This document shows positions 1-8,943 of a stretch of 32,000 nucleotides of DNA, one piece after another. This DNA comes from Acaryochloris thomasi RCC1774 (GTDB lineage Bacteria; Cyanobacteriota; Cyanobacteriia; Thermosynechococcales; Thermosynechococcaceae). The notes beneath the pieces were generated by a model. The model saw only the letters and a program-made list of their open reading frames with translations. It did no database searches and was not told the origin of the DNA. The stretch covers positions 60,001 through 92,000 of the forward strand of contig NZ_PQWO01000013.1 of the NCBI RefSeq assembly GCF_003231495.1, given 5' to 3'. The position numbers and the translations under genes were made by a program. Positions within the stretch are counted from its first letter, which is position 1. The number at the start of each line of letters is the position of its first letter.

Positions 1-174
1 GATGTTGTTCCCTGCTGCATGCTTGCCGACTCTGATACAGTAAAAATGGGAAATGTGTTTGAAGAAGACTTTAAAGATATTTGGAATTCAGAAAAGTACC
101 AAGATTTTCGAGTCCGTCACATCAAGCACGATTTACCAAGCTATTGTCAGCATTGTTATACAGACGTTTCTTGA
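1..174 (+). CDS. C-terminal fragment of a radical SAM enzyme (SPASM/twitch-type auxiliary Fe-S domain); 5' end outside window
   Basis: Frame 1 is open from the window edge to TGA at 172-174. The translation DVVPCCMLADSDTVKMGNVFEEDFKDIWNSEKYQDFRVRHIKHDLPSYCQHCYTDVS shows the PCC...GN[IV]...IW...CxxC pattern typical of SPASM domains. Confidence 0.6.
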   Translation, partial: DVVPCCMLADSDTVKMGNVFEEDFKDIWNSEKYQDFRVRHIKHDLPSYCQHCYTDVS

Positions 175-182
175 GAAGATGC

Positions 183-1063
183 AGGGCTGTTTTAAGTTAG
201 CAGCGAAAAAATAGAGTCTACTCGGTTAGCGAGCTTAGTGAGCGCGGTTTTGAGCGACTGGTAGCCCTTCAATCTCAGAATGTTAATAGCAAGGGTTCTA
301 AAAAGTAACCAATTGAGCAAGACCTGTTCATCTTCAAGGCGATAATCATCTTCTCCAAAGACAACATCCTTGAGCCAATGGAGCCGATTTTTAATGCCCC
401 AATGCCCCCTCACCGGCGATAGCCACTGGTGGGCACAAGCTAATGCTGAAATGAGCAAGCCATCTATCTGTAGCGTTTCGAGCGGTGTCTGCAGCACTTT
501 AATCTCGCTACTGCCTTATTGGGTCAGTGCCTCTAGCTTCAAGGTGACGCCCACTTCGACGGCAAACAGACTCACTAGTCCCACAAACCGCTCTTTGCCA
601 GCGGCATTCGTGAGACGTTGCCGAATGCGCTTGTCGTCAATGGAAGCAACACGATTGTCAGGGCTATCAATTGCGCCTTGAGACCCCATCCAATGCTCAA
701 ATTGGTGGCTCAGAGCGAGAAAGTCAAGGCCCAGCATCACACGCCAAAAGGTTGAGTAGGAAGGAGCTGCGAGTTCCTTAAAGCCCAATAGTTGGCACAA
801 TGACCGATGATGCTCTTCGACAAAGGTCTGGAGGGGACGGTAGCCATGATACCCAGCGAGTATCCCCATAATGATCAATAGCAACAGAACCCATAAGGGA
901 TAGGACTTACCACGAGCTTTGCGAAAGTCTAGAATTTGCTTGAGTTCTGCAATCAGGCTCGACATGAATCATTCCACAATCAAGGTTGGAGTGATTCATG
1001 TTTTTCTACTGTCACTTCAAGAACCCTGGTAGAAGACAAGGTTATCAGTTAAGGTAGCGCCCT
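183..1063 (-). mobile_element. Degenerate ISAs1-family insertion sequence remnant (boundaries approximate)
   Basis: It contains two transposase fragments. Weak imperfect terminal inverted repeats are present: AGGGC..TTAA at 183-195 versus the complement of 1049-1063. A 10/11-bp hairpin (966-976 / 987-997) abuts the transposase ATG. Confidence 0.55.
192..965 (-). pseudogene. ISAs1-family (H-repeat-associated) DDE transposase, split and internally deleted
   Basis: ORF 516..965 (149 aa) has the N-terminal DDE_Tnp_1-associated pattern (ILDFRKARGKSYPLWVLLLLIIMGILAGYHGYRPLQTF...). ORF 192..497 carries the family's C-terminal signature HWGIKNRLHWLKDVVFGEDDYRL. The two total about 250 aa, whereas I recall intact members at about 370 aa, and most of the catalytic core is missing. 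Confidence 0.75.
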
Positions 1064-1418
1064 CAATCGCGGTCTGCTAACGCAAGCTGTTGTCGATGCC
1101 TATGCCCGCCGATCAGAGATCAAGGGCAATCATTTATTTGGAAAAGAAAGCTGTCCCCACTGTCAGCGTGCGAAGCAATACATGGCTGAGGCAGGCATTC
1201 AGTACACTCATCACGATGTCATTCGAGAACTACGCAGCCTCTACGAAATGCTCGCCAGAGTAATGCCAATACTGGGTCATAAAACACCGATCACGGTGCC
1301 GCAAATTTGGCTGAACGGTCAGTATGTTGGCGGCGCCGATCATCTGGGTGCCCAGATCTACTCGGGTACATGCTCGCTAGGGTCTCTTGTGCGGCTATTC
1401 TCTTGCGCTCTGGCTTAG
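1053..1418 (+). CDS. Glutaredoxin-like protein (CPHC active site) with no canonical start upstream of the thioredoxin fold; possibly 5'-truncated by the IS
   Basis: The frame is open from 1053, directly after a TAA at 1050-1052. It reads ...IKGNHLFGKESCPHCQRAKQYMAEAGIQY...TVPQIWLNGQYVGGADHL, with CPxC plus the TVPQ and GG motifs of glutaredoxins. The first ATG (1182) lies after the CPHC motif, and there is no in-frame ATG/GTG/TTG between 1053 and 1182. Confidence 0.55.
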   Translation, partial: GSALNRGLLTQAVVDAYARRSEIKGNHLFGKESCPHCQRAKQYMAEAGIQYTHHDVIRELRSLYEMLARVMPILGHKTPITVPQIWLNGQYVGGADHLGAQIYSGTCSLGSLVRLFSCALA

Positions 1419-1435
1419 ACCTGCCAGGTCGTTGA

Positions 1436-1867
1436 CTAGGGTAGCCACTGCCCGCCTCGAAACCGCCAGCGAGGAAAGATCAGGCGCATCAAGCTCTGGG
1501 AGACCATAAAAACGCTCAGCCAAACCAAGCCATAATGGAGGCTAAACCACCCCAGGTTAAAGTCTTCGATTCCCGGTAGCCTAGCTTGAAAAATTTCAAA
1601 AAGAAGAACGAAGAAAAACCACTCCCATAGCGCAGCAAACCACTGCAGAGCGGCAGGCCAGTCATGGTCCCAGCGCCACTGCTGCAGCGCGTGGTAGAGG
1701 GCATCCCAGGCAATCCCAAACAGTAAAATATATTGCAGATAAAAGAAGGGCGCGAGACCAAAGCCGGGTCCAAGGATGCCGACACAAAAAAATAGCGTAA
1801 CCGTCAGTCCTACGGTTTCTAGTAGCAAGATTCGGGTTTGCCAACGTCCAAAAAGAGTGGGGGTCAT
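1436..1867 (-). CDS. Small polytopic membrane protein (143 aa), unknown family
   Basis: The internal ATG at 1867 (MTPTLFGRWQTRILLLETVGL...) lies 10 nt after the stop of the upstream gene. The protein has four hydrophobic, Trp-rich segments. The longer 1436..1936 ORF would overlap the upstream gene. Confidence 0.6.
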   Translation of the reverse strand: MTPTLFGRWQTRILLLETVGLTVTLFFCVGILGPGFGLAPFFYLQYILLFGIAWDALYHALQQWRWDHDWPAALQWFAALWEWFFFVLLFEIFQARLPGIEDFNLGWFSLHYGLVWLSVFMVSQSLMRLIFPRWRFRGGQWLP

Positions 1868-1877
1868 GGTCTTTGAT

Positions 1878-3809
1878 TCACGAGGGTGTTTGGTTGTTGA
1901 TCCAGCGGAGCCATTGGCTGAGGGAATGGAGGCCATCCAGCCGTTTTACACCGGGTGCCCGCGCGGTGACGAGGCCATCCACGGCTCTTAAGGCGGAGTA
2001 CTGTAGCCCCAAAAAGCTGTCTACTGCGGCGTAGGGACCACCAAAGGTAATTGCACCGGCGGCATGGATCCGTCCCTGATGATTTCGCAGCTCTAGCAGC
2101 TCAAAGTCATTGGCAACCGTGAGCCGCCGCTTCGGATTGAGGGGCAAACTGTAGTGATCAACCAAGTCTGCCAGGAGTGGATCAGATTTAACGGTGCCGT
2201 CTAGGCCGGTGGCGTCAATGATGAAGTTGGCCTCTAGCTTCATTTCACCCTGAAGCTGACTGCCCTGGATGTAGGTGACCGGTTTTCCCTGATCGTTCGG
2301 TTCAACACGGGTCACTTTTCCAAAGGTAATTTGATACCAGCCTTCGTCGATGCCCTGCTGAACAATTTGCTGCCAATCGGCACGATCGGCGGTGGTGGTT
2401 CCGCCCCACTGGTCTAAGAGTTGCGATCGCATCTCTGGCTCCATTTTTTCCAGCAGCGTCCTTAGCGTGCCACCCCAACAGGCCTTGGGCCAATTAAAGG
2501 GCTGAAACTCAAAGTGGTTTTTCACACCTCGCTGCGACTTCCCATAGGAATTGCCCTTCGGCTTGGGCGTCCGCATCAGGTGCAATATAGAAATATTCGG
2601 ATTCCGCTGGCGGGCCTCAAACAGGCGCTGAATAATTCGTGAGGCCACGATTCCCCGCCCCCGCAGGACAACGGTACCGCCCTGTTCCTCTAAAAATTGA
2701 TAGACGTGGCGATGTTCTTCGTAGGCATTGACCACCGATTTAAAGTCGCCGTGCTGGCTACGGTACTGCTTGAGATCCGGCAAGAACTGAATCACCGGGT
2801 ATCCCGTAGCGAGATGAACGTACCGCGCCACCAGAAACGCATGCTGGCCCCGGCCTTGGGAATATGCGATCGCATATCGTCCATCTTGCGTCTGCCGAAT
2901 CGACCGCACCCGTCCAAAGCGATAGATCTCCGGCCAGCCGATCCGAGCTGCTTCTCGATCGATGGAGGCAAATACGTTGCCTGCCTTAGGCGTATAGGTT
3001 TCGGCAAATGCAGGCTCCGCAAACACCTGCCACAGCCGTTTACTCCCTTCTCCAAAATGTCCCTTTTTTAGACTCCTCCAAGCTTCTCTAAGCGCATAGC
3101 TAGGCCAGCCCCAAATATTATCCGGGCAAGAATCTGAATTAGATCGGAGGCGCTCATGGGGAGGGATCTGCGAGTTAAGACACAGCCGCTGATAGCGCGC
3201 ATAGGGCTGAGGTTCTAGGCCCAAAGCCCGAATCTGATGGGTCTGAGCGCCACTGAGCCGCAAACAGTCAACCCAGACAAAGCTACCCAGTCCGGCCCCC
3301 ACCGCCACATACTCTATCTCTTCAATCGGCAGGCGCGTTGCATAGAGAGCCTGGATATCGACCTGACGGGCTTGAAAGCAAGGGGGTGGGAAAGAATTGA
3401 CGCTCTCTCCTGAGCCGACGAGATCCGACACAACAGGATCCGGGATCTGAATGACGGAATCTTGCCGCGAGGGGCGAGCAGATGTCAGCGTAACCGTAAT
3501 CTGATAAGAGCCGATCTGGATGCGATCGCCCGTCTTGAGCAGACAGACAGACTGGGGGACCGTGTTGACCTGAACACCATTGCTGCTGTTTTGATCCAAG
3601 ATCTGAGCCTGATCCTGAACCACCTCAATGAGAGCATGAAATCGAGAGACCTTGCTGCCCGTCAATAAAATGCGGGTAACGTTCTGACCTTGATGCTGTT
3701 CAGGCAGCTGATTCCAGTCGCGTCCGAACGCAATCGATTGCGCTGCAGAGACCGATTGGTGCTCACCGGTCTGCGGGTCTTGCCAAGCTAGCTGAACGTG
3801 CAGCGTCAT
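1878..3809 (-). CDS. FHA domain fused to an FAD/NAD(P)-binding (two-Rossmann) flavoprotein oxidoreductase/monooxygenase-like domain (643 aa)
   Basis: The N-terminus has FHA hallmarks: FGRD...VSRFHALI...SSNGVQVN...GDRIQIG. GAGLGS is encoded at 3282-3299 (verified on the DNA). A second GxGxxA motif (RGRGIVASR) and a late IDATG motif follow. The ATG at 3809 is 11 nt after the upstream stop. Confidence 0.8.
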   Translation of the reverse strand: MTLHVQLAWQDPQTGEHQSVSAAQSIAFGRDWNQLPEQHQGQNVTRILLTGSKVSRFHALIEVVQDQAQILDQNSSNGVQVNTVPQSVCLLKTGDRIQIGSYQITVTLTSARPSRQDSVIQIPDPVVSDLVGSGESVNSFPPPCFQARQVDIQALYATRLPIEEIEYVAVGAGLGSFVWVDCLRLSGAQTHQIRALGLEPQPYARYQRLCLNSQIPPHERLRSNSDSCPDNIWGWPSYALREAWRSLKKGHFGEGSKRLWQVFAEPAFAETYTPKAGNVFASIDREAARIGWPEIYRFGRVRSIRQTQDGRYAIAYSQGRGQHAFLVARYVHLATGYPVIQFLPDLKQYRSQHGDFKSVVNAYEEHRHVYQFLEEQGGTVVLRGRGIVASRIIQRLFEARQRNPNISILHLMRTPKPKGNSYGKSQRGVKNHFEFQPFNWPKACWGGTLRTLLEKMEPEMRSQLLDQWGGTTTADRADWQQIVQQGIDEGWYQITFGKVTRVEPNDQGKPVTYIQGSQLQGEMKLEANFIIDATGLDGTVKSDPLLADLVDHYSLPLNPKRRLTVANDFELLELRNHQGRIHAAGAITFGGPYAAVDSFLGLQYSALRAVDGLVTARAPGVKRLDGLHSLSQWLRWINNQTPS

Positions 3810-3820
3810 GATGACTGACC

Positions 3821-4345
3821 TTAGCTCGGATTGCCCACAACCGTGACCCCTGCCGCCAGCGAAGAGCCACAATGCGGACATCCCTGCTGGAGAGAAGCAG
3901 AGGTATAGGGCAGCACCTGACCACAGTCAGCGTTAGGACATTTGATGCCGTAGGACTCTAATGCTCGCTCCGGACGAGACGGCACGGCCGGGACAGAGAT
4001 TGCCGTCACCGTCAGCTCCATCCGGCCCAAACAGATTTTGCTGCCCTGGCGTAGAGAGCACTCTCCATCAGGTAGAGGCGTTTGATCAATGACGGGAGGA
4101 TTACTAGCTCGCAAATTGCGAAGATAAAACTGACTCTGCTGCCAAAACAGCTCAACATGGAGACCCGACACAGACCGATCATGGAGAACAATATCGCAGC
4201 GGGCCGGGTCACGTCCCAATCGCACCACTCCCGGTTCTCGACTCGGATGCTGATCACCGATAGCTTGAGTTTTGAACCGATCTTGTTCTCGCCACTGCAG
4301 CGTCAATTCATTCATCAACGACTTGTCATTCCCCCTCAGTTGCAT
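3821..4345 (-). CDS. FHA domain protein with C-terminal zinc-ribbon (Cx4C...CxxC)
   Basis: The FHA pattern reads RLGRDPARCDIVLHDRSVSGLHVEL...LRQGSKICLG. The C-terminus reads CPNADCGQVLPYTSASLQQGCPHCGSSL. An alternative start is the ATG at 4315 (MNELTLQW). Confidence 0.75.
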   Translation of the reverse strand: MQLRGNDKSLMNELTLQWREQDRFKTQAIGDQHPSREPGVVRLGRDPARCDIVLHDRSVSGLHVELFWQQSQFYLRNLRASNPPVIDQTPLPDGECSLRQGSKICLGRMELTVTAISVPAVPSRPERALESYGIKCPNADCGQVLPYTSASLQQGCPHCGSSLAAGVTVVGNPS

Positions 4346-4547
4346 GGTTGTGCGCCCTGACGCAAATTAGGGTTAACCATTCCCTATCTTAGCCGTAGGG
4401 TTCCCCTAAGAGAAGTCACAAGAACATCAGCTTTTAGAGACCTATTTAATGGCACGAGACAAACAAGCTCGCCCTCAGTCGTGAGCCTCAATGGCCATAA
4501 ATAAGCGCACAAATATAGCGACAAGTGCCGTCCGCGATCTGGACTTT

Positions 4548-5651
4548 CTATTTCTGCGGTGAACCCAGCTTTGCACGCAAAGCCATTTTTAAGGTCTGCT
4601 GCTCCTCCTGAGAGCCTGCCAACAAAATCACCAGCTTGCCCACCTGAATTGGCCCCCAGTTGACGATGATAATCCCTGTGCCGGTCTCAGGATTGAATTC
4701 AATATCCTTTATATCAATCTGTTCTAGAGAGCGGTAATCTGTTCTAAAAGTTTCACAGGACCAGCTTTCGATCCCTAACTTATGGGCAACGCCCGTCGGG
4801 TAGGAGGCACCATTGAACCTTGGATTGCATTCAATGGCTAAATACCGAGGTTTGGTCCCCCGCTCATCGACCGCCACGTCGAAGGCAAAGACATCCTTCA
4901 TGCCTTTCTGGGCCATCCACTGAGCCATGGGGGTGACCAGATCCCAGGGTTGATGGGCGGTCGGATAGCGATTGCCGCCGTGGGCACACCCGTCCAGAAT
5001 CTGCTCGGAGGCTGCCAGAGGTTTAACAGATTCCTCGGTGGCTTGGTACTGCAGGTTCAAGAACGCCGAGGCCACGATCTCTTCCTGAATTTGAAAGGAA
5101 TTGTGTGCGGGCATCTCCTTAAGCGCTTGATCCAGCTCCGCTTCAGTTTGACATCGAACAATGCCGACGCCGTCGACGGAGACCGCAGGCTTTAGGTAAC
5201 AGGGGTAGGGAATCTCGCCCGTTACCTCCGCCGTCTCTTGGTAGCACTGGGTCTGGGGAACGGTCACCCCTAGCTCTTCGGCTAGCTGCATGAAGTTATT
5301 TTTGGAGTTGATGAACTCCACGACGCTGTGCCAGTCCTGGTCGAGCTGGTGGAAGTAGTTGCGATCGCAACTCTCTTGATGCAGCGCGTCCCCAAAATAA
5401 AAGACAGACGGAACATGATCAGGGTACTCTTCCATCCGCTTGAGAGACACATCCCAGATGACGTTGGCGCTAGGGCTAAGCCCCACCCGACGGTAGTGCT
5501 CGATAATCGCAGACCACTCAGGCTGTAGATCAGGGTGAAGCTGAATCAGATCCTCAGGAGCGGTCATGCCCAACACTCGACCCGAGTAAAGATGATTACC
5601 ATCCACCGCCTCGTGGGTACAGGTCATGATGTCGTGGTTATAGATTTTCAT
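4548..5651 (-). CDS. ATP-grasp fold protein (367 aa), substrate unknown
   Basis: The central YLKPAVSVDGVGIVRC and the late AIECNPRFNGASYP are typical ATP-grasp motifs. The ATG at 5651-5649 lies inside the last codons of glgP, giving a 14-nt overlap. Confidence 0.75.
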   Translation of the reverse strand: MKIYNHDIMTCTHEAVDGNHLYSGRVLGMTAPEDLIQLHPDLQPEWSAIIEHYRRVGLSPSANVIWDVSLKRMEEYPDHVPSVFYFGDALHQESCDRNYFHQLDQDWHSVVEFINSKNNFMQLAEELGVTVPQTQCYQETAEVTGEIPYPCYLKPAVSVDGVGIVRCQTEAELDQALKEMPAHNSFQIQEEIVASAFLNLQYQATEESVKPLAASEQILDGCAHGGNRYPTAHQPWDLVTPMAQWMAQKGMKDVFAFDVAVDERGTKPRYLAIECNPRFNGASYPTGVAHKLGIESWSCETFRTDYRSLEQIDIKDIEFNPETGTGIIIVNWGPIQVGKLVILLAGSQEEQQTLKMALRAKLGSPQK

Positions 5652-8217
5652 GTAGTAACTCCACAGCAGTAGGAACGTCGTCAGGCTGGGCCACCTTGAC
5701 CGGCTGAATATTCCAAATGTCGTCGCAGTATTCCTGAATGGCGCGATCCGAAGAGAAAGTACCGGTGCGGGCCGTATTCAAAATCGACATCCGCGTCCAG
5801 CGAGCCGTATCTTTAAAGGCCAGACCCACCTCTTTCTGGCAGTCAATATAGGACTGATAGTCCGCCAGCAGAAAATAGGGGTCGTGGTTCATGAGTCCGT
5901 CAAGGAGGGGCTTGAAAACCTCTGTGTCACCGTGGGAGAAAAAGCCGGAGGCAATGCGATCTAGGGCTAGCCTCAATTCTGGGTTGGCTTGGTAATAGTC
6001 TTGCGGGCAGTAGCCTTCGGCCCGCATCTTATAGACCTGCTCCGTTGTTAGGCCAAACAGAAAGAAGTTTTCAGCGCCGACCTGTTCTCGAATCTCGACG
6101 TTGGCTCCGTCTAAAGTCCCGATGGTAAGGGCACCGTTGAGGGCAAACTTCATGTTTCCGGTACCGGAAGCTTCCTTGCCCGCCGTGGAAATCTGTTCCG
6201 ATAAATCGGCGGCGGGGTATAGGCGCTGGGCCAGCTTGACGTTGAAGTTTTTCATGAACACCACCTTCAGCCGCCCTCGGACGTCAGGGTCACGATTGAC
6301 CACGTCAGCCACTGAGTTAATTAGCTTGATAATCAGCTTCGCCATCCAGTAGCCGGGGGCCGCTTTACCCCCGAAGATGAAGGTGCGAGGCGTAATATCA
6401 ATATCAGGATTGGCCTTGATCCGATTGTAGAGCGTAATGATGTGCAGCACGTCTAGATGCTGACGCTTGTATTCATGAAAGCGCTTGATCAGGATGTCGA
6501 ACATCGAGTGAGGATCGACGACAATTCCGGTTTGCTGCTGGATGAAGACGGCTAAGTCGCGCTTGCAGCTCAGCTTGATTTCGCGCCAGGTGTTCTGAAA
6601 GTCAGGATCGTCGGCAAAGGCTTCGAGCTGCTGCAGCTGATCGAGGTGTTTCACCCACTGATCGCCAATCTTTTCAGTGATTAGGTTGGTGAGCTTGGCA
6701 TTGCTCAACACCATAAACCGACGCGGCGTCACCCCATTGGTCTTATTCTGAAACTTATGGGGGTACATGGCATAGAAATCCTGGAGGACATCTTGCTTCA
6801 GCAGTTCAGTATGGAGGGCCGCGACGCCGTTGATCGTGTGGCTACCGACGCAGGCGAGATGGGCCATGCGAATATATCGTTCGCCACTTTCATCAATCAG
6901 AGATAAACGCGCCAACCGTGCCTCATCACCGGGGAACTTGATGCGAACCTCATCAATAAAACGGTGATTAATTTCGTAAATAACGTCTAGGTGTCGAGGT
7001 AAAAGCTGTCCGAACAGGTCAATGGGCCAACGCTCTAGGGCTTCGGGTAAGAGCGTATGGTTGGTGTAAGCAAAGGTGCGCTGGGTAATCGACCAGGCAG
7101 ATTCCCAGTTGAGATGATGTTCATCAAGAAGCAGCCGCATCAGTTCCGCAACGGCAATGGCCGGATGGGTGTCGTTGAGCTGCACCGCAAATTTCTCATG
7201 GAATTTCTCTAGCGGTAGCTCTTGTCCAATCAAAATCCGCAGCATGTCACGGAGGGAGCAAGAAACGAAGAAGTACTGCTGGGTAAGGCGCAGCCGCTTC
7301 CCTTGAGCAGAGTCATCATTGGGATAAAGAACCTTGGAGATGTTCTCGGAAATCATCTTTTCGTAGACGGCTCCCAGGTAGTCTCCTGAGTTAAAGGACT
7401 CAAAGTTAAAGGACTCTGGTGCTTCTGCAGTCCACAGTCGCAGGGTATTGGCGGTGGCAGTTTGATAGCCCAGCAAGGGCGTGTCGTAGGGGATGCCCAT
7501 CACGGTTTGTTCCGGCACCCAGCGGACGCGGTAGCAACCGTCTTGATCGAGATAGCTGTCGGTGTGGCCGCCAAACTTAACTTCTACGCCCCACTCAGGC
7601 CGCTTGATTTCCCAGGGATTACCAAGGCGCAGCCACTTGTCAGTTTTCTCGACCTGCCAACCATCCTGCAGGTCTTGCTGAAAGATACCGAATTCGTAGC
7701 GGATGCCGTAGCCCAAGGCGGGAATCTCTAAGGTAGCCAGGGAGTCAAGATAGCAGGCAGCTAAGCGACCTAAGCCACCGTTGCCCAAACCCGGCTCTGG
7801 TTCTTCGTCGAGAAGGGCATCAAGGTCGAGATCGAGAGATGCGATCGCATCTCTCACGCGGTCATAAATCCCCAGACTCGTCAGGTTTTTGCCCAACTGC
7901 GGCCCCATCAAAAACTCAGCTGAGAAATAGGCAACGGTTCTAGACCCCTCAGCCGTGTAGGTCGCTGCGGTTTGGTTCCAGCGCTGCAGGAGGCGATCAC
8001 GCACCGCATAGGCCAGCGCCATATAGTAGTCGTGCTGCGTTGCCAGGGCCGGGAACTTTCCTTGGTCATAAAACAAGTTATCGAGGAATGCCTGCTTGAG
8101 GTCCTCCACCGTCATTCCGGTACGATGACTGCTCTTAGAAACACCGGCATCAGTCGGCTGTAGTGCTTGAGGCAGTTGTACTGAACGGTCCATATTAGAT
8201 CCTGAGATATGCATCAT
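5638..8217 (-). CDS. glgP: Glycogen/alpha-glucan phosphorylase
   Basis: An 859-aa ORF carries the PLP-site signature EASGTGNMKFALNGALTIGTLDGANVEI and family-typical segments (GLGNGGLGRLAACYLDS, YTNHTLLPEALE). The start may instead be the third ATG at 8193 (MDRSV), which has GGA 6 nt upstream. Confidence 0.95.
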   Translation of the reverse strand: MMHISGSNMDRSVQLPQALQPTDAGVSKSSHRTGMTVEDLKQAFLDNLFYDQGKFPALATQHDYYMALAYAVRDRLLQRWNQTAATYTAEGSRTVAYFSAEFLMGPQLGKNLTSLGIYDRVRDAIASLDLDLDALLDEEPEPGLGNGGLGRLAACYLDSLATLEIPALGYGIRYEFGIFQQDLQDGWQVEKTDKWLRLGNPWEIKRPEWGVEVKFGGHTDSYLDQDGCYRVRWVPEQTVMGIPYDTPLLGYQTATANTLRLWTAEAPESFNFESFNSGDYLGAVYEKMISENISKVLYPNDDSAQGKRLRLTQQYFFVSCSLRDMLRILIGQELPLEKFHEKFAVQLNDTHPAIAVAELMRLLLDEHHLNWESAWSITQRTFAYTNHTLLPEALERWPIDLFGQLLPRHLDVIYEINHRFIDEVRIKFPGDEARLARLSLIDESGERYIRMAHLACVGSHTINGVAALHTELLKQDVLQDFYAMYPHKFQNKTNGVTPRRFMVLSNAKLTNLITEKIGDQWVKHLDQLQQLEAFADDPDFQNTWREIKLSCKRDLAVFIQQQTGIVVDPHSMFDILIKRFHEYKRQHLDVLHIITLYNRIKANPDIDITPRTFIFGGKAAPGYWMAKLIIKLINSVADVVNRDPDVRGRLKVVFMKNFNVKLAQRLYPAADLSEQISTAGKEASGTGNMKFALNGALTIGTLDGANVEIREQVGAENFFLFGLTTEQVYKMRAEGYCPQDYYQANPELRLALDRIASGFFSHGDTEVFKPLLDGLMNHDPYFLLADYQSYIDCQKEVGLAFKDTARWTRMSILNTARTGTFSSDRAIQEYCDDIWNIQPVKVAQPDDVPTAVELLHENL

Positions 8218-8430
8218 CTGCGCTTTACAGCATCCCTCAACCCCTCAGATCGTTGGTCGCGTTGATTCATACAAGGCACGACAGAGGTGTGAGATAAAAC
8301 CAGGGCAGAGTTCTTTGCGATTCTCTCAAGACATGTCAGGCAATATGGTAACAACCGTCACGGTCTTATATTTTCTTAAGCGAATATTCAACCTTTTTAG
8401 GATCGAAGCAAATACGTATAGGGCTTATGA

Positions 8431-8934
8431 TCAAGCCAAAAGCTGCAGCACAGCTTTAATAAAAAATAAGGTCAAGAATGCACACCCAACCACAATTAGA
8501 ACGGTGAGCAAGGTGATGCCAAAGACAAAGAAAGGATTGCCCTTCTCAAGGGTTGAAGCGGTTGGCAAATGCTGATCAAGCAGAGCCATATTTCTCGTAT
8601 TTGCCTTCCACGCGAAGTCCAGCAGATCCCCTAGGCCAGGGACAAGACCTGCGAGAGAGTCCAAAAGGATATTCCCTACCATTTGCCAGATCACGTCACT
8701 GGGTACCCCCATTCGTGCAGCCTGGGAGACGATATAAGCGCCCACTGCACCGCCCACGACATCACCACTGCCAGCGGCAATTCCGAGCAGCCCCAGAATC
8801 GGATCAAGGCCAAACCTGAATTTAGTGCCGGGGACAGGAATGGAGTTATCTAGTAAGAATGCGAGACGCCGCAAGTTTTGAACTCTATCAGATGCTGACG
8901 AAGAGATTGTTTCTACTGGCTTAAGCTGAGACAT
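8431..8934 (-). CDS. DUF4112 family membrane protein
   Basis: LDNSIPVPGTKFRFGLDPILGLL...GDVVG...LLDSLAGLVPGLGDLLDFAWKANTRNMALL matches my memory of the duplicated GD motif pattern of DUF4112. Confidence 0.75.
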   Translation of the reverse strand: MSQLKPVETISSSASDRVQNLRRLAFLLDNSIPVPGTKFRFGLDPILGLLGIAAGSGDVVGGAVGAYIVSQAARMGVPSDVIWQMVGNILLDSLAGLVPGLGDLLDFAWKANTRNMALLDQHLPTASTLEKGNPFFVFGITLLTVLIVVGCAFLTLFFIKAVLQLLA

Positions 8935-8943
8935 TAAACAACT

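Noticed and set aside
370-681. 103-aa plus-strand ORF across the IS remnant
   Set aside because: It is antisense to both transposase fragments, which carry clear family signatures. It has no motif of its own.
998-1057. 19-codon ORF (MFFYCHFKNPGRRQGYQLR) that ends where the glutaredoxin-like frame opens; considered as a frameshifted N-terminus
   Set aside because: The stop codons in the two frames (1050-52 and 1055-57) leave only a 3-nt window for any shift. The peptide also does not resemble a Grx N-terminus. It probably lies within IS-end sequence.
6101-8163. Several 60-90-aa plus-strand ORFs inside glgP (6101..6352, 7462..7731, 7972..8163), with similar antisense ORFs inside pnp, the caspase-like gene and the aminotransferase
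   Set aside because: All are antisense or alternate-frame ORFs within strongly supported genes. Their Arg/Pro/Gly-rich composition is typical of non-coding frames in GC-rich DNA.
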